DNA of 64,000 bases from an uncultured bacterium (GTDB lineage: Bacteria; Patescibacteriota; Microgenomatia; UBA1400; PJMF01). Location of the stretch: the NCBI GenBank assembly GCA_903842795.1, contig CAIMNJ010000018.1, positions 3,246 to 67,245 on the forward strand. Direction: 5' to 3'. Under the pieces are notes generated by a model. The model saw only the letters and a program-made list of their open reading frames with translations, made no database searches and had not been told where the DNA came from. Positions 45,193 through 55,994 of this stretch are shown here, piece by piece; positions within the stretch are counted from its first letter, which is position 1, and every line of letters starts with the position of its first letter. The position numbers were made by a program, and so were the translations under genes.

Positions 45193-46479
45193 TTAGGAAT
45201 ATTTTTCATAGTTTTCACTCAAGAGCTGAGAGTTGATTTGCTTTGAGGTTTCCAAAATAACAGAAACCACAATCAAAATACTTGTTCCGCCAACGGCTAA
45301 AGAATTAATGCCAGTAATAATTTGAGCAAGAGAAGGCAAAATTGCAATAGATGCCAAGAAAATAGCTCCAGCAAAAGTAATTCTAGTTACCACAAACTCC
45401 AAAAATTTTCTGGTGGGATTGCCTGGTCTAATTCCAGGTATAAAGGCACCACTTTTCTTTAATTCATCTGAAATATCGCCAGCATTGAAGAAAATAATGG
45501 CAGAAAAATAACTAAAAACAAAAACCAAAATAAAATAGCTAATCAAATAAATATAAGAAGTTTGAGCAAAAGCTACAGTAATTTTTTCTCCCAAACTTAC
45601 TAAAGATTCATTCTTTGCTAAAACTAGCAATCTGCCAATAAAAGAGGGTACCATCATTAAGGAAACAGCAAAAATAATTGGCATTACACCAGCCACATTA
45701 ACCTTGATCGGCAAATGAGTTTGTTGGCCACCAAATTGTCTGCCACCTCTAATTCTCTTGGCGTACTGAATCGGCACCTTGCGAGTAGCTTCGTTCATAA
45801 AAACCACTGTCCAAATTACTCCAGCCACTAAAGCAGCAGTTACCAATAAAGAAGTAAGAGAAATCGTATCTGCTAGTGCAAATAAAGAAGCCATGCTAGA
45901 AGGAATTTGGCTAATAATACCAGCAAGCAAAATCATAGAAATACCATTACCAATTCCTCTTTCATTGATAATTTCACCAAGCCACATCATCACAATTGAA
46001 CCAGCCACCAAAGTGGCTACAACAACCATCAAGCTAGCAGTACTAGCACCAACTAATAAATTTTGAGAGTTAAGCAAAGCAATTACCGAAATAGCCTGTA
46101 CCACCGCAATTGGCACAGACATTAAACGCATATATTGATTGAGCTTAGCTCTGCTGGCTTCACCCTCTTTCTGCATTTCTTTGATTTTTGGAAAAACCAT
46201 ACCCAGCAATTGCATAATAATAGAAGCAGTAATATATGGATTAATACCAACAGCAACAACGGAAAGCCTGGCCAGCGTACCACCAGAAAAAATATTCAAA
46301 AAGTTTAGAAATTGATTGGAAGCAAATAATAACTTAAGTTGAGCAACGTCAACGGCTGGAACTGGGATATGAGCAAGAATTCTAGTGAGAGCAAAAATTG
46401 CTAGGGTAAATAAGAGCTTGCTTTTGAGCTTCTGGTTGGAAAATATTGCTCGAGTTTTATCTAAAATTTTTTCTATCAC
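45193..46479 (-). CDS. secY: Preprotein translocase SecY
   Basis: GINPYITASII, GIGNGIS, GVMPIIFA, IPGIRPG and GGTSILIVV motifs. Confidence 0.98.
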   Translation of the reverse strand: MIEKILDKTRAIFSNQKLKSKLLFTLAIFALTRILAHIPVPAVDVAQLKLLFASNQFLNFLNIFSGGTLARLSVVAVGINPYITASIIMQLLGMVFPKIKEMQKEGEASRAKLNQYMRLMSVPIAVVQAISVIALLNSQNLLVGASTASLMVVVATLVAGSIVMMWLGEIINERGIGNGISMILLAGIISQIPSSMASLFALADTISLTSLLVTAALVAGVIWTVVFMNEATRKVPIQYAKRIRGGRQFGGQQTHLPIKVNVAGVMPIIFAVSLMMVPSFIGRLLVLAKNESLVSLGEKITVAFAQTSYIYLISYFILVFVFSYFSAIIFFNAGDISDELKKSGAFIPGIRPGNPTRKFLEFVVTRITFAGAIFLASIAILPSLAQIITGINSLAVGGTSILIVVSVILETSKQINSQLLSENYEKYS

Positions 46480-46536
46480 TTCTGTTCAAGAAGTTAATAT
46501 TCTAAGCTAAAGATCACTACAAAAGCAAGTCGCTTT

Positions 46537-46977
46537 TTAGTTTTCGATAACTCCGCCCAAAGCCTCAATTTCTTTACGAGCAGACTCTGAGACACCAATG
46601 CCTTTTAAATTAACTTTTTTGTTTAACTTGCCCTTGCTAATAACTTTGGCTCTCTTAAATCTTTTATCGATAATTCTGTTTAATTTGAGAGAGTCTAAGG
46701 TAATGTCAGTCAATTCAATCTTGTTAAGATCGCTCATAGTGAGTTCAGCAGTAGAAATCAAACTCTTAAAACGACCTTTACCTCTCCACATTGGAATTCT
46801 CTTAGAAAGAGGCAAAGAACCACCCTCAAACCAAAGAGGAACTTTAGAACCTGTACGAGCTCTTTGACCTTTTTGACCACGAGAAGAAGTGTGACCACCC
46901 TTACCAGAACCGTAGCCTCTGCCTAAGCGTTTGCTTTGTCTGGTGGTAATTTTTTTAACTAAATTTAAAATCGACAT
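46537..46977 (-). CDS. rplO: 50S ribosomal protein L15
   Basis: [20 protein letters not shown] and FEGG motifs. Confidence 0.97.
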   Translation of the reverse strand: MSILNLVKKITTRQSKRLGRGYGSGKGGHTSSRGQKGQRARTGSKVPLWFEGGSLPLSKRIPMWRGKGRFKSLISTAELTMSDLNKIELTDITLDSLKLNRIIDKRFKRAKVISKGKLNKKVNLKGIGVSESARKEIEALGGVIEN

Positions 46978-46988
46978 TTTTAGAGTCC

Positions 46989-47621
46989 TTATTTGCTAGC
47001 TTTTTTCTTGGCAACAGGTGCCTCTTTTTTCTTTAATTCTTTAGTAGCAGCCTCACTCTTAGCAGCTGATTCACTAGCTTTTTTCTGCAATTCTTCCATC
47101 TTCTTTCTCTCCTCTTCCTCAATATCAGAAATAGAGCGCAATTTAATGCCTTTGATCTCCACTAATTTGGAAATTTGTTTGAGAGCTTCAAAAGTAGCGT
47201 AAACTGAAGATGATTGATTATCACTACCCATGATCTTGCAAGCAATATCTCTGACACCAGCAGCTTCCACAACAGCTCTGACTGGACCACCAGCGATAAC
47301 ACCAGTTCCTTTGGTTGACGGCTTCATCATAACCTTGCCAGCACCTTTTTTGACAGTGATAGCAAAAGGAATAGTGGTTCCATCAAGAGGAACACTGATC
47401 ATTTTTTTCTTAGCTTTTTTAATACTTTTTTTGATAGCAGAGAGCACATCACTAGCTTTACCAAGACCTACACCAACTTTACCTTTTTTGTCACCAACCA
47501 CCATCAATACTGAAAAACCAACTTTGTTGCCACCTTTGGTTTTTTTAGACACTCTAGAAATTTGAATGACTTTCTCTTCAAATTCTTTAACTTCTGGTTT
47601 TTCAAAATTATCTCTTGCCAT
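46989..47621 (-). CDS. rpsE: 30S ribosomal protein S5 with charged C-terminal tail
   Basis: [13 protein letters not shown] and GTGVIAGG motifs. Confidence 0.97.
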   Translation of the reverse strand: MARDNFEKPEVKEFEEKVIQISRVSKKTKGGNKVGFSVLMVVGDKKGKVGVGLGKASDVLSAIKKSIKKAKKKMISVPLDGTTIPFAITVKKGAGKVMMKPSTKGTGVIAGGPVRAVVEAAGVRDIACKIMGSDNQSSSVYATFEALKQISKLVEIKGIKLRSISDIEEEERKKMEELQKKASESAAKSEAATKELKKKEAPVAKKKASK

Positions 47622-47626
47622 ATTTT

Positions 47627-47986
47627 TTATAATTGAATTCCACCTTCACGAAGAGTTTCAGCAACAGCCTTGATTCTACCGTGATATTTATAATAAGAAC
47701 GATCAAAAACTAAACTATTAATTTTCTTTTTCTTCAAATCAGCTAAAAGCAATTTGCTAACAGCAATGGCTCTTTCAGTTTTGGTGCCAGCAACCTTTTT
47801 ATCTTTAACCAAATCACTAGCACTGGCTAAAGTTTTGCCAGTACTATCATCAATTACTTGCAATGAGACGTGCTCATTGGAGCGAAAAACGGTTAAACGA
47901 GGGCGCACAGTATTACCAGAGATTTTAGCTCTAATACGCTGTTGTCTCTTTAATCTATTTTTTCTAAGTAATTTAATATCTGACAT
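47627..47986 (-). CDS. rplR: 50S ribosomal protein L18
   Basis: RPRLTVFRSN and VFDR..YKYHGR motifs. Confidence 0.97.
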   Translation of the reverse strand: MSDIKLLRKNRLKRQQRIRAKISGNTVRPRLTVFRSNEHVSLQVIDDSTGKTLASASDLVKDKKVAGTKTERAIAVSKLLLADLKKKKINSLVFDRSYYKYHGRIKAVAETLREGGIQL

Positions 47987-47998
47987 TTTGTTCCCTAA

Positions 47999-48538
47999 TT
48001 ATTTAGTGGCAGCCTTGCCTGGTTTCTTCTTAACTACTTCATCGCTATAGCGAATACCTTTGCCTAAATAAGGCTCTGGTGGTCTAAGACCTCTAATATT
48101 AGCGGCAACTTGACCAACTAATTGCTTATCAATACCTTCAATATGAATAGTATCATTACCTTCGACTTTAAAAGTAACGCCAGCAACAGCTTCAACATCA
48201 ACTACATGAGAGAAACCAAGAGTCATAGAAAGACCAGCTCCCTTAGAGTTGACTCTGTAACCAGTACCAACTAACTTTAAAGTTTTTTTGTAAGCTTCAG
48301 ATACACCAAAAACATTATTGGCAATCAAACTTCTCAACAAACCATGATTAGCTTTGGTTTGTTTGAGATCATTTTTGCGAGACAAAGAGACTTCATTACC
48401 CTCAACTTTTACCTCAATATTTGGCAAGAGAGACAATTTAAGTTCACCCTTTGGACCTCTGGTGATAATTTCCTCACCAACCACAGAAACAGTGACTTGA
48501 CTTGGAATACTAATAATTTTTTTACCAATTTTTGACAT
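47999..48538 (-). CDS. rplF: 50S ribosomal protein L6
   Basis: MSKIGK, GPKGEL and RPPEPYLGKGI motifs. Confidence 0.98.
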   Translation of the reverse strand: MSKIGKKIISIPSQVTVSVVGEEIITRGPKGELKLSLLPNIEVKVEGNEVSLSRKNDLKQTKANHGLLRSLIANNVFGVSEAYKKTLKLVGTGYRVNSKGAGLSMTLGFSHVVDVEAVAGVTFKVEGNDTIHIEGIDKQLVGQVAANIRGLRPPEPYLGKGIRYSDEVVKKKPGKAATK

Positions 48539-48553
48539 ATCTTTTCAAATCCT

Positions 48554-48946
48554 TTACCAAATCTGGCAAAGTACCTCTCCGCCAAGGTTTTGTTTACGAG
48601 CGCTTTTGCCATCCATAACACCTTTGTTGGTGGAAAGAATGGTTAAACCATATCCGTTTAAAGTGCTTGGAATTTCAGAAGCACTCTTATATATACGACG
48701 ACCTGGCTTAGAAACTCTTTTAACCCCACTAATAACTGAGGTTTTATTAGAATATTTTAAAGAAACCTTGATTTGTTTAAAATCACCTTCTTTACTAAGA
48801 ACTTCATAATTTTCAATGTAATTAAAGTCCTTCAAGATTTTGGCGACTGCAACCTTCATATTGGAATGAGGCACCATAAGATCTTTGTGACCAGCCATCA
48901 CACTGTTTTTTATTCTGATAATCATGTCTGCAATAGGATCAGTCAT
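48554..48946 (-). CDS. rpsH: 30S ribosomal protein S8
   Basis: DPIADM, SKPGRRIY and GGEVL motifs. Confidence 0.98.
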   Translation of the reverse strand: MTDPIADMIIRIKNSVMAGHKDLMVPHSNMKVAVAKILKDFNYIENYEVLSKEGDFKQIKVSLKYSNKTSVISGVKRVSKPGRRIYKSASEIPSTLNGYGLTILSTNKGVMDGKSARKQNLGGEVLCQIW

Positions 48947-48950
48947 ATTT

Positions 48951-49181
48951 TTATTTACTGGTTTTTACTACACCAGGTAATTCACCTTTAGCTGCTAATT
49001 CTCTAAAAGTTAAACGGCTTAAACCAAAAAAGCGCATATAACCTCTTGGACGGCCAGTAATTCTACAACGATTTACACCTCTAGTCGAGACTTTGTTTAC
49101 TTTTTTGACACCAGACTTTAGCAAAGCTTCACGCTTGGCTAAAACTTTTTTTGATTGGGCAATCTTTGATTTTTTGGCCAT
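48951..49181 (-). CDS. rpsN: 30S ribosomal protein S14 (non-Zn type, 76 aa)
   Basis: [11 protein letters not shown]...GLSR..FRE.A..GELPGV motif. Confidence 0.96.
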   Translation of the reverse strand: MAKKSKIAQSKKVLAKREALLKSGVKKVNKVSTRGVNRCRITGRPRGYMRFFGLSRLTFRELAAKGELPGVVKTSK

Positions 49182-49183
49182 AC

Positions 49184-49747
49184 TTAGTTTTTATCTTCTT
49201 CCTTTTTAAAAGGCATACCTAAAAGTTCTAATAAACGATAAGCTTCTTTATCATTTTTGTTGCTAGTGACAACATTCACTTGCAAAGGTCTAATACGATC
49301 GATTTGATCGAATTCAATCTCTGGGAAAGAAATTTGCTCTTCAATTCCGAGACTATAATTGCCTTGACCATCAAAAGCAGTTCTACTAACTCCACGGAAA
49401 TCTTTAACACGTGGTAAAACAACTGAAATCAATCTGTCCAAGAAACCCCACATCAATTCACCGCGCAAGGTTACCATAACACCCATTGGATCACCAGCTC
49501 TCAATTTAAAGTTGGAAACAGCTTTGCGAGCCTTGGTAACTTGAGGATGTTGACCAGTAATAGCTTCAAATTGCTTGACAATGGAAGGCATGATTTTTTC
49601 TCTAGCACGAGGCTCTTGAGGATCAGCTACACCAATGTTGACAACAACTTTCTCAATTTTAGTCACTTGATGAATGTTTTTGTAAGAAAACTCTTTCATC
49701 AAGACTGGGAGCACTTGTTCTTGGTATTTTTGCTTCAAACGGTTCAT
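49184..49747 (-). CDS. rplE: 50S ribosomal protein L5
   Basis: [21 protein letters not shown] and FDGQGNY motifs. Confidence 0.98.
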   Translation of the reverse strand: MNRLKQKYQEQVLPVLMKEFSYKNIHQVTKIEKVVVNIGVADPQEPRAREKIMPSIVKQFEAITGQHPQVTKARKAVSNFKLRAGDPMGVMVTLRGELMWGFLDRLISVVLPRVKDFRGVSRTAFDGQGNYSLGIEEQISFPEIEFDQIDRIRPLQVNVVTSNKNDKEAYRLLELLGMPFKKEEDKN

Positions 49748-49748
49748 A

Positions 49749-50084
49749 TTATTTCTTCTTAGCGGTAGCTACTTTTTCGGTCTTAATAACTTGACCGGTT
49801 TTCTTAAAAATTCTTTCCTTTTTGCCATCAGCAGTTACTTTAAAAGCAACTCTATCAGCTTGATCTTTATCATTTAAAATAGCCACTTTAGCAACAGACA
49901 TTGGGCGTTCTCTTCTAACTTTTTCGCCAGCTCTATCCATCATTGGCTTAACATGCTTAAAATAAAGATTAACGTCTTTGACTAAAACCTTATCTTCAGC
50001 TGGGAAAACAGCGATTATTTCGCTTTTTTTGCCTTTATCTTTGCCAGCAGTAACTAAAACTTTATCTCCAATTTTTAATTTCAT
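49749..50084 (-). CDS. rplX: 50S ribosomal protein L24
   Basis: KOW motif [14 protein letters not shown]. Confidence 0.97.
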   Translation of the reverse strand: MKLKIGDKVLVTAGKDKGKKSEIIAVFPAEDKVLVKDVNLYFKHVKPMMDRAGEKVRRERPMSVAKVAILNDKDQADRVAFKVTADGKKERIFKKTGQVIKTEKVATAKKK

Positions 50085-50455
50085 AATACCTCCGGAGCTA
50101 AACTGGCAACTTTATTAAATCCTTGATCTTTGACCTCACGAGCAATTGGGCCAAAAACACGAGTGCCAACTGGCTCTTTGTTGTTGCGAGCTTGCACAAT
50201 GACTGCGGCATTTTCGTCAAAACGAATATATTCACCACTGTCTCTTCTTTGTTCTTTTTTAGTGCGCACGATAACAGCTCTGACTTTTTCACCTTTTTTG
50301 ATGGTGCCATTGGTATCAGCAGCAATTACCGAAGCGATTACCATATCACCAACATTACCAAATCTTCTCTTTGAGCCACCGTAAACCTGAATGACTCTGA
50401 GTTTTTTTGCACCGCTGTTGTCAGCGACGGCTAGTACGGTTCTTAGTTGTATCAT
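50081..50455 (-). CDS. rplN: 50S ribosomal protein L14
   Basis: [15 protein letters not shown] and GTRVFGP motifs. Confidence 0.98.
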   Translation of the reverse strand: MIQLRTVLAVADNSGAKKLRVIQVYGGSKRRFGNVGDMVIASVIAADTNGTIKKGEKVRAVIVRTKKEQRRDSGEYIRFDENAAVIVQARNNKEPVGTRVFGPIAREVKDQGFNKVASLAPEVL

Positions 50456-50458
50456 GGC

Positions 50459-50698
50459 TTATTTTCCAATTTTTTTGACTACTTTAAATCTTTTAGTTTT
50501 GCTAAGAGGACGAGTTTCCATAATTTCAACTTTATCAGCCAAAACTAAATCAACCAACTTAGCATCAAAGTCACAAGCATATTTCTTGCTACGTCTAACT
50601 AATTTTTGATAAAGAGGGTGGGCCCACATACGCTCGACTTTGACGATTGCTGTGTCCTTGGTCTTTAAAGAAATAACTGTGCCTTGTAACTTTTTCAT
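50459..50698 (-). CDS. rpsQ: 30S ribosomal protein S17
   Basis: HPLYQK and ETRPLSKTKR motifs. Confidence 0.97.
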   Translation of the reverse strand: MKKLQGTVISLKTKDTAIVKVERMWAHPLYQKLVRRSKKYACDFDAKLVDLVLADKVEIMETRPLSKTKRFKVVKKIGK

Positions 50699-50699
50699 A

Positions 50700-50906
50700 T
50701 TATTTGTTCTCTATTTTTTTCTCTGTAAGAACAGTTTTAATTCTGGCTATGTCGTCGCTCAAATTCTTTAACTTAGCCACACTACTCAACTTACCAACTT
50801 TTTTCTGCAAACGCATGTTGGAAAGTTCATGAGTCAATTTAGATAATTCCTTATCCAATTCTGACACTGTTTTTTGACTTAGTGTTTTAATATCGTTTCT
50901 TTTCAT
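50700..50906 (-). CDS. rpmC: 50S ribosomal protein L29
   Basis: DIARIKT motif, positioned between rplP and rpsQ. Confidence 0.95.
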   Translation of the reverse strand: MKRNDIKTLSQKTVSELDKELSKLTHELSNMRLQKKVGKLSSVAKLKNLSDDIARIKTVLTEKKIENK

Positions 50907-51314
50907 TTATTTTTTCTTTACAAATTCAGTTTTAACTGATAATTTAGCGGCGGCTTTTTGCATAGCTGCTTTGGCCATTTCTTCGCTAACACCACCAATT
51001 TCAAATAATATAAATCCTGGCTTAATAACGGCCACATATTCCTGAATAGCACCTTTACCAGAACCCATTTTGACACCAAGTGGCTTTTGAGTTAAAGGCT
51101 TGTGAGGGAAAATCTTAATCCAATATTTTCCTTCTCTTTTGGTGGCATAGGTAATTTTCTTACGAGCAGCTTCGATTTGGCGAGCAGAAATCTCACCCAA
51201 ATTTAAAGCTCTAAGACCATATTCACCAAAAACAATTTCGCAACCTCTCATGGCCTTGCCACGATTTTTGCCTCTAAAAGTCTTACGGTATTTTACTTTT
51301 TTTGGTTGTAACAT
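50907..51314 (-). CDS. rplP: 50S ribosomal protein L16
   Basis: MLQPK, QIEAAR and MGSGKG motifs. Confidence 0.98.
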   Translation of the reverse strand: MLQPKKVKYRKTFRGKNRGKAMRGCEIVFGEYGLRALNLGEISARQIEAARKKITYATKREGKYWIKIFPHKPLTQKPLGVKMGSGKGAIQEYVAVIKPGFILFEIGGVSEEMAKAAMQKAAAKLSVKTEFVKKK

Positions 51315-51316
51315 TG

Positions 51317-51967
51317 CTAGACTATTTCACCTTTATAAATCCATACCTTAATGCCCACATAACCAGAACGAGTCTTGGCTGGAGCTTCAGCATAATCAAT
51401 ATTGGCTCTCAAAGTTTGAGTTGGGACACTACCTTGAAAATACTTTTCACTGCGAGCAATTTCTGCTCCACCCACTCTACCAGAGAGTTGAATTTTAACA
51501 CCTTTGGCGCCAGCTGCCATCACCTTTTCCATCGCTTGCATTACAGCACGACGATGAGGATATCTAGCAAGTAATTGAGAGATAATTCTCTCAAGAACTA
51601 ACTTGGCACTCAAATCTGGTTTTTTAACTTCTTCAACTTTTAATTCAATTCTAGCTTTGTCTCTTTTTTCTTTAGAAACATTAATCAAACGCTCCACACC
51701 TTCTTTGACTTTTTCCAAGTTAGAACCACCTTTACCAATCACTACACCTGGGCGAGCAACAGATAAAACAACTAGCAATTTGTTAATAGAACGTTTAATT
51801 TCAATATCAACTAAACCAGCATTGGCCAAGCTTGATTCTAAATATTCGCGCAAGCGATAATCTTCTAGAACTCTGTTGGCATAATCTGCTTTTGAAGCAA
51901 ACCAAAGAGATTTCCAAGTGAAAATTCCACCTGTTCTAAAGTTGATTGGATTAACTTTTTGTCCCAT
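51317..51967 (-). CDS. rpsC: 30S ribosomal protein S3
   Basis: [17 protein letters not shown] and [10 protein letters not shown] motifs. Confidence 0.98.
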   Translation of the reverse strand: MGQKVNPINFRTGGIFTWKSLWFASKADYANRVLEDYRLREYLESSLANAGLVDIEIKRSINKLLVVLSVARPGVVIGKGGSNLEKVKEGVERLINVSKEKRDKARIELKVEEVKKPDLSAKLVLERIISQLLARYPHRRAVMQAMEKVMAAGAKGVKIQLSGRVGGAEIARSEKYFQGSVPTQTLRANIDYAEAPAKTRSGYVGIKVWIYKGEIV

Positions 51968-51971
51968 ATCT

Positions 51972-52505
51972 TTACTTAGATCCCTTTTTCTGACTTTGTA
52001 TTAGTTTATTAGCTTGACCTTTACCTGAACCTTGCAATTTAGCAGCTTGATTCTTGCTACGGTCTAATTTAATAGCATCTTGAGCTTTTTTGGCAGTTTT
52101 TGGCTTAGCTTCTTTGACAACTGGAGCTTCAGCAACAACTTCAGTTTTTTTAACTTCAGTTGGCTTGGATTCTTTTTTAGTTCTCAAATCCACTCTAACA
52201 TGACAGGTTCTCTTGAGAATGGTGTGAGCGCGACCGCGACTCACAGCTCTCCATCTCTTGAGGGCTGGACCATCATTAACGATAATATTATCAATTTCCA
52301 AATCGCTAATAGCCAAGTGAAAATTATTCATGGCATTAGCGACTGCTTGGCGCAAAACCTTCAAAACCAAAAGACTAGCTTTTCTGTCGATAACAGCCAA
52401 GTGTTTGATAGCATCAGCAACACTCATCTTTTTAACAACATCAGCCACCAAACGCACTTTGCGTGAGGTTTGTCTGGTATTTTTTTGTTCTGCTTTGATT
52501 ATCAT
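51972..52505 (-). CDS. rplV: 50S ribosomal protein L22 with long C-terminal extension
   Basis: RKVRLVAD, AVANA and RGRA..I.KRTCH motifs. Confidence 0.97.
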   Translation of the reverse strand: MIIKAEQKNTRQTSRKVRLVADVVKKMSVADAIKHLAVIDRKASLLVLKVLRQAVANAMNNFHLAISDLEIDNIIVNDGPALKRWRAVSRGRAHTILKRTCHVRVDLRTKKESKPTEVKKTEVVAEAPVVKEAKPKTAKKAQDAIKLDRSKNQAAKLQGSGKGQANKLIQSQKKGSK

Positions 52506-52526
52506 GATTAGTTTTCCAAAAAAAGT

Positions 52527-52811
52527 TTAAGTCTTAGTCAACAATCTCTTTACGATCTTGCCATGACCTCTAAATGTTCTGGTTGGAGCAAATTCACCCA
52601 AATTGTGACCAACCATCATTTCAGAAACAAAAACTTCAACGAAATTTTTGCCCTGGTGAACCATAAAAGTGTGACCAACAAATTCTGGAGCAATCACGCA
52701 AGCGCGACTCCAAGTCTTAATTGGTTTGTTCTCCCCAGCAGCTTTTTGAGCTAAAACTTTCTTTAAAAGTTTTGGGTCGATAAATGGTCCTTTTTTACTT
52801 GATCTAGACAT
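52527..52811 (-). CDS. rpsS: 30S ribosomal protein S19
   Basis: [13 protein letters not shown] and LGEFAPTR motifs. Confidence 0.98.
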   Translation of the reverse strand: MSRSSKKGPFIDPKLLKKVLAQKAAGENKPIKTWSRACVIAPEFVGHTFMVHQGKNFVEVFVSEMMVGHNLGEFAPTRTFRGHGKIVKRLLTKT

Positions 52812-52829
52812 ATTTTATAATACTTTACT

Positions 52830-53666
52830 TTAATTTTTAGCTCTACGATCTCTTACTAAATGACGTAATGATTTCTTGGTACTTCTAGTTTTCTTACCTG
52901 GAGCAACATTCTTACCCCATGGAGACTTGGCGTGTTTCAAACCAACACCGCTACGACCTTCACCACCACCATGTGGATGACTGTCTGGATGTTGAGCGGT
53001 ACCTCTAACACTTGGTCTGATACCCATCATTCTCTTACGACCAGCTTTGCCTAATTTGATACCTTTCCATTCTTGATTGCCAACGCGACCAATAGTGGCA
53101 TAGCATTCCAAACTAACTAGGCGGTGTTCTTTGGAAGGCAAAGCAATAATAGCGTATTTGCCTTCTTTAGATTGAACCATGGCTCCAAGGCCAGCACCTC
53201 TAACAATTTGGGCACCTTTACCTTGACGAAGTTCAATGTTGTGAATTTCTACACCGATTGGAACATTTTTAAGTTGCATGCAGTTGCCAATTTTGATTTC
53301 AGTTTTTTCTTCTGAAACAATTTCAGCACCAATTTCTAAACCTTCTGGAGCAATAATGTATCTCTTCTCTCCATCTTTATAGAAAAGCAAAGCTACATTA
53401 GCACTACGCATTGGGTCGTATTCAATTCTCTTAACGATAGCTGGAATACCAAACTTATCGCGACGAAAATCGATTACTCTCATTCTTTTCTTCACACCAC
53501 CACCTCTGTGTCTCACAGAAATGTGACCAGAAGCATCTTTGCCTTGTCTCTTTTTATGTCCTTTGACCAAAAGAGATTTCTCTGGTTGACCCTTGTGTAA
53601 ATCAGCACGATCGATATCTAAACGATGTCTCTTACCAGGGGTAGTGCCTTTGATTTTCTTTAACAT
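52830..53666 (-). CDS. rplB: 50S ribosomal protein L2
   Basis: RHRGGG, IEYDPMR and HPHGGGEG motifs. Confidence 0.98.
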   Translation of the reverse strand: MLKKIKGTTPGKRHRLDIDRADLHKGQPEKSLLVKGHKKRQGKDASGHISVRHRGGGVKKRMRVIDFRRDKFGIPAIVKRIEYDPMRSANVALLFYKDGEKRYIIAPEGLEIGAEIVSEEKTEIKIGNCMQLKNVPIGVEIHNIELRQGKGAQIVRGAGLGAMVQSKEGKYAIIALPSKEHRLVSLECYATIGRVGNQEWKGIKLGKAGRKRMMGIRPSVRGTAQHPDSHPHGGGEGRSGVGLKHAKSPWGKNVAPGKKTRSTKKSLRHLVRDRRAKN

Positions 53667-53965
53667 TAGCTTTCTCCTCCTACATCAAAAAGATCAATGT
53701 GACTCTCAGCAGCCAAAGTAACATAAGCTTTCTTAGTTTTTGGACTGACAGTATTCATTCTTTTTTTGCCAGTTTTCTTTTTAACTCTGTGTCTAACTAC
53801 AGTGTTAACAGAAAGAACCTTGACACCAAAAATAGTAGCAATAGCTTCTTTGATTTGATTCTTGTGAGCACTCATCTCCACTTCAAAAGTATAGACATGC
53901 TCTTTCTTAGCTAAGCTAATAGATCTCTCTGTGACAACTGGTGTTTTAATTAAATAAGCGTTCAT
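53666..53965 (-). CDS. rplW: 50S ribosomal protein L23
   Basis: PVVTE, VNT and KKAYVTL motifs. Confidence 0.97.
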   Translation of the reverse strand: MNAYLIKTPVVTERSISLAKKEHVYTFEVEMSAHKNQIKEAIATIFGVKVLSVNTVVRHRVKKKTGKKRMNTVSPKTKKAYVTLAAESHIDLFDVGGES

Positions 53966-53967
53966 GA

Positions 53968-54612
53968 TTATTTCTTAATAGTTGTTTTTTTAACTTTTAA
54001 CAATCTATCTTCCAAAACTTTTAAGGCGGTAAAATCAATAACAATTTTATCGGCCATAGCAATGTGCAAAGCGTTGACGCGATCTGCAGTCATCACGATG
54101 ACGTTAGATAAATTGCGAACTGAACGACGAGTTAGCTCTGAATTCTTAGATAAAACTACCAAAACTTTCTCGTCTTCTTTGCCAACATTGGCCAAAAGAG
54201 TAGCAGCTTGACTGGTCTTACCTTTTAAGGAAGAAATATCTTTACTTAAAAACAAATTAGTTTTTTGAGCAGTGAGAGCAACTTTGAGAGCCAAAAGTTT
54301 GTTTTTGGAGGTCAAAGTTTTAGCCCAATTACTAATACCTCTTGGACCAAAAGCCACGCCACCACCAACAAAAATACTTGGGGTACGAGCACCATGACGA
54401 GCATTACCTGTACCTTTTTGTTTGTACCATTTTTTCTTGGTTCTATTAATCTCAGATCTGGTCTTGGTATGAGCAGTACCTTGTCTCAAATTACTAAGAT
54501 AAACTCTAATAGCTTGAGCCAAAAGAAAATCAGAAGCAGAATTAGCAAACAAAGCGTCGCTTACTCTGACTTTTTCATTTTTGCTGGCAGAATCAATGAC
54601 TGTCAATTGCAT
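53968..54612 (-). CDS. rplD: 50S ribosomal protein L4
   Basis: QKGTGNARHG and GGGVAFGP motifs. Confidence 0.98.
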   Translation of the reverse strand: MQLTVIDSASKNEKVRVSDALFANSASDFLLAQAIRVYLSNLRQGTAHTKTRSEINRTKKKWYKQKGTGNARHGARTPSIFVGGGVAFGPRGISNWAKTLTSKNKLLALKVALTAQKTNLFLSKDISSLKGKTSQAATLLANVGKEDEKVLVVLSKNSELTRRSVRNLSNVIVMTADRVNALHIAMADKIVIDFTALKVLEDRLLKVKKTTIKK

Positions 54613-55343
54613 TATGATTTACTTTCTTCTACAACTTCTGCAGCTTGTGGCTCAGATTTAACTAAACCAAGCAAACCTAAATTTAATTTAATTTCTTTGG
54701 TAGAACCAGTTTTAATGATTCTAACTACAGAAGAGTTAAAACCTGGAACTGGACCGTTAACCCAAAGTTCATTATTTTTTTCATCAATGTAAACTACGAC
54801 TAAACCAGCAACAGTTTTGGTTTCCTGACCGTATCTTCCTGGCATTCTCTTGCCTTTCCAAATACGACCTGGAGTGGTACCAGAACCGATAGAACCAACA
54901 GCTCTGGCACGATCTGATTGACCGTGAGTTTTTGGACCGCCATGAAAACCATGACGCTTCATAGCACCAGCAAAACCGCGACCCTTAGTAGAGCCTTGAA
55001 TTTCTACCACATCACCAACCGCTAATACATCGGCCAAAGAAACAACCGAACCAACAATTAAAGCTGATTCTGGATTTTCTTCACCAACTAATTTAACACC
55101 TTCGATTTGTTTAACACCAAAAGAAAAACCACTCTTTTTGATTTGCTCTCTGAGTGGTTTGTTGACATTTTTCAATTTTTTCTGACCATAACCAATTTCA
55201 AAAGTGGTTTGTTTATCTTGAGTTTCTTTCTTAGAAATAACAAGATTCTCACTAACTTTGAGTTTGGTAATTGGTAAACGCTTGCCGTCCTCTGACCAGG
55301 CTTGAGACATTTCCATTTTGGTAGCAAATATTGTGTTTAGCAT
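54612..55343 (-). CDS. rplC: 50S ribosomal protein L3
   Basis: KGRGFAG.MKRHGF, HGQS and GKRMPG motifs. Confidence 0.98.
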   Translation of the reverse strand: MLNTIFATKMEMSQAWSEDGKRLPITKLKVSENLVISKKETQDKQTTFEIGYGQKKLKNVNKPLREQIKKSGFSFGVKQIEGVKLVGEENPESALIVGSVVSLADVLAVGDVVEIQGSTKGRGFAGAMKRHGFHGGPKTHGQSDRARAVGSIGSGTTPGRIWKGKRMPGRYGQETKTVAGLVVVYIDEKNNELWVNGPVPGFNSSVVRIIKTGSTKEIKLNLGLLGLVKSEPQAAEVVEESKS

Positions 55344-55403
55344 TGTCTGTCAACAAAATAACGTTATCGGTTTTCTAAGCCGAACTTCTAACTGCCCAAA
55401 AAA

Positions 55404-55724
55404 CTACATTTTGATTTGAATATCAACACCAGCAGGTAGTTCCAAGTGCATTAAAGAATCGATGGTCTTATTGGTTGGATCGACAATATCGATCAAACGC
55501 TTGTGAGTACGAATCTCGTAATGCTCTTGAGCATTTTTATCTGTATGAGGTGAAGTCAAAACGGTAAAAGATTTTTTGTGAGTTGGCAAAGGTACCGGAC
55601 CAATAATTTTGGCACCAGTAGATAAAGCTGTCTGCAGGATCTTACGAGAAGCCTCGTCAATGACGCGGTGATCGTAAGATTTGAGTCTCACTCTAATCTT
55701 GTATGAGTTTTGATTTTTAGTCAT
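55404..55724 (-). CDS. rpsJ: 30S ribosomal protein S10
   Basis: GPVPLPT, SPH, RTHKRLI and LPAGVD motifs. Confidence 0.98.
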   Translation of the reverse strand: MTKNQNSYKIRVRLKSYDHRVIDEASRKILQTALSTGAKIIGPVPLPTHKKSFTVLTSPHTDKNAQEHYEIRTHKRLIDIVDPTNKTIDSLMHLELPAGVDIQIKM

Positions 55725-55856
55725 ACTATTTTTAATTTATTGCCTTATTTAAATTGTGATTATCTTAAATCACAAAACGCGATTATAACTAATTCTTTCC
55801 CTCTTGTACAGAGGAAATTTGTATTTTTTCGCAAATTTAATTTAATAATTTTGATC

Positions 55857-55893
55857 AAAAAAACAAAATCCTCTCACAATTATTGAGAGGATT
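55857..55893 (-). terminator. Second terminator-like hairpin downstream of tuf
   Basis: AATCCTCTCA-N7-TGAGAGGATT (55867-55893) followed by a T-rich run on the minus strand. Confidence 0.65.
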
Positions 55894-55940
55894 GTATTGT
55901 ACCAGAAGAAACACTACAGAGCAAGCATAATTCTTATACC

Positions 55941-55967
55941 AAAAACCCCGCCTTTCAGCGGGGTTTT
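55941..55967 (-). terminator. Intrinsic terminator after tuf
   Basis: Minus strand AAAACCCCGC-TGAAAG-GCGGGGTTTTT. Confidence 0.88.
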
Positions 55968-55994
55968 CTTTTACTTTACAGTAATTTTAGATGA

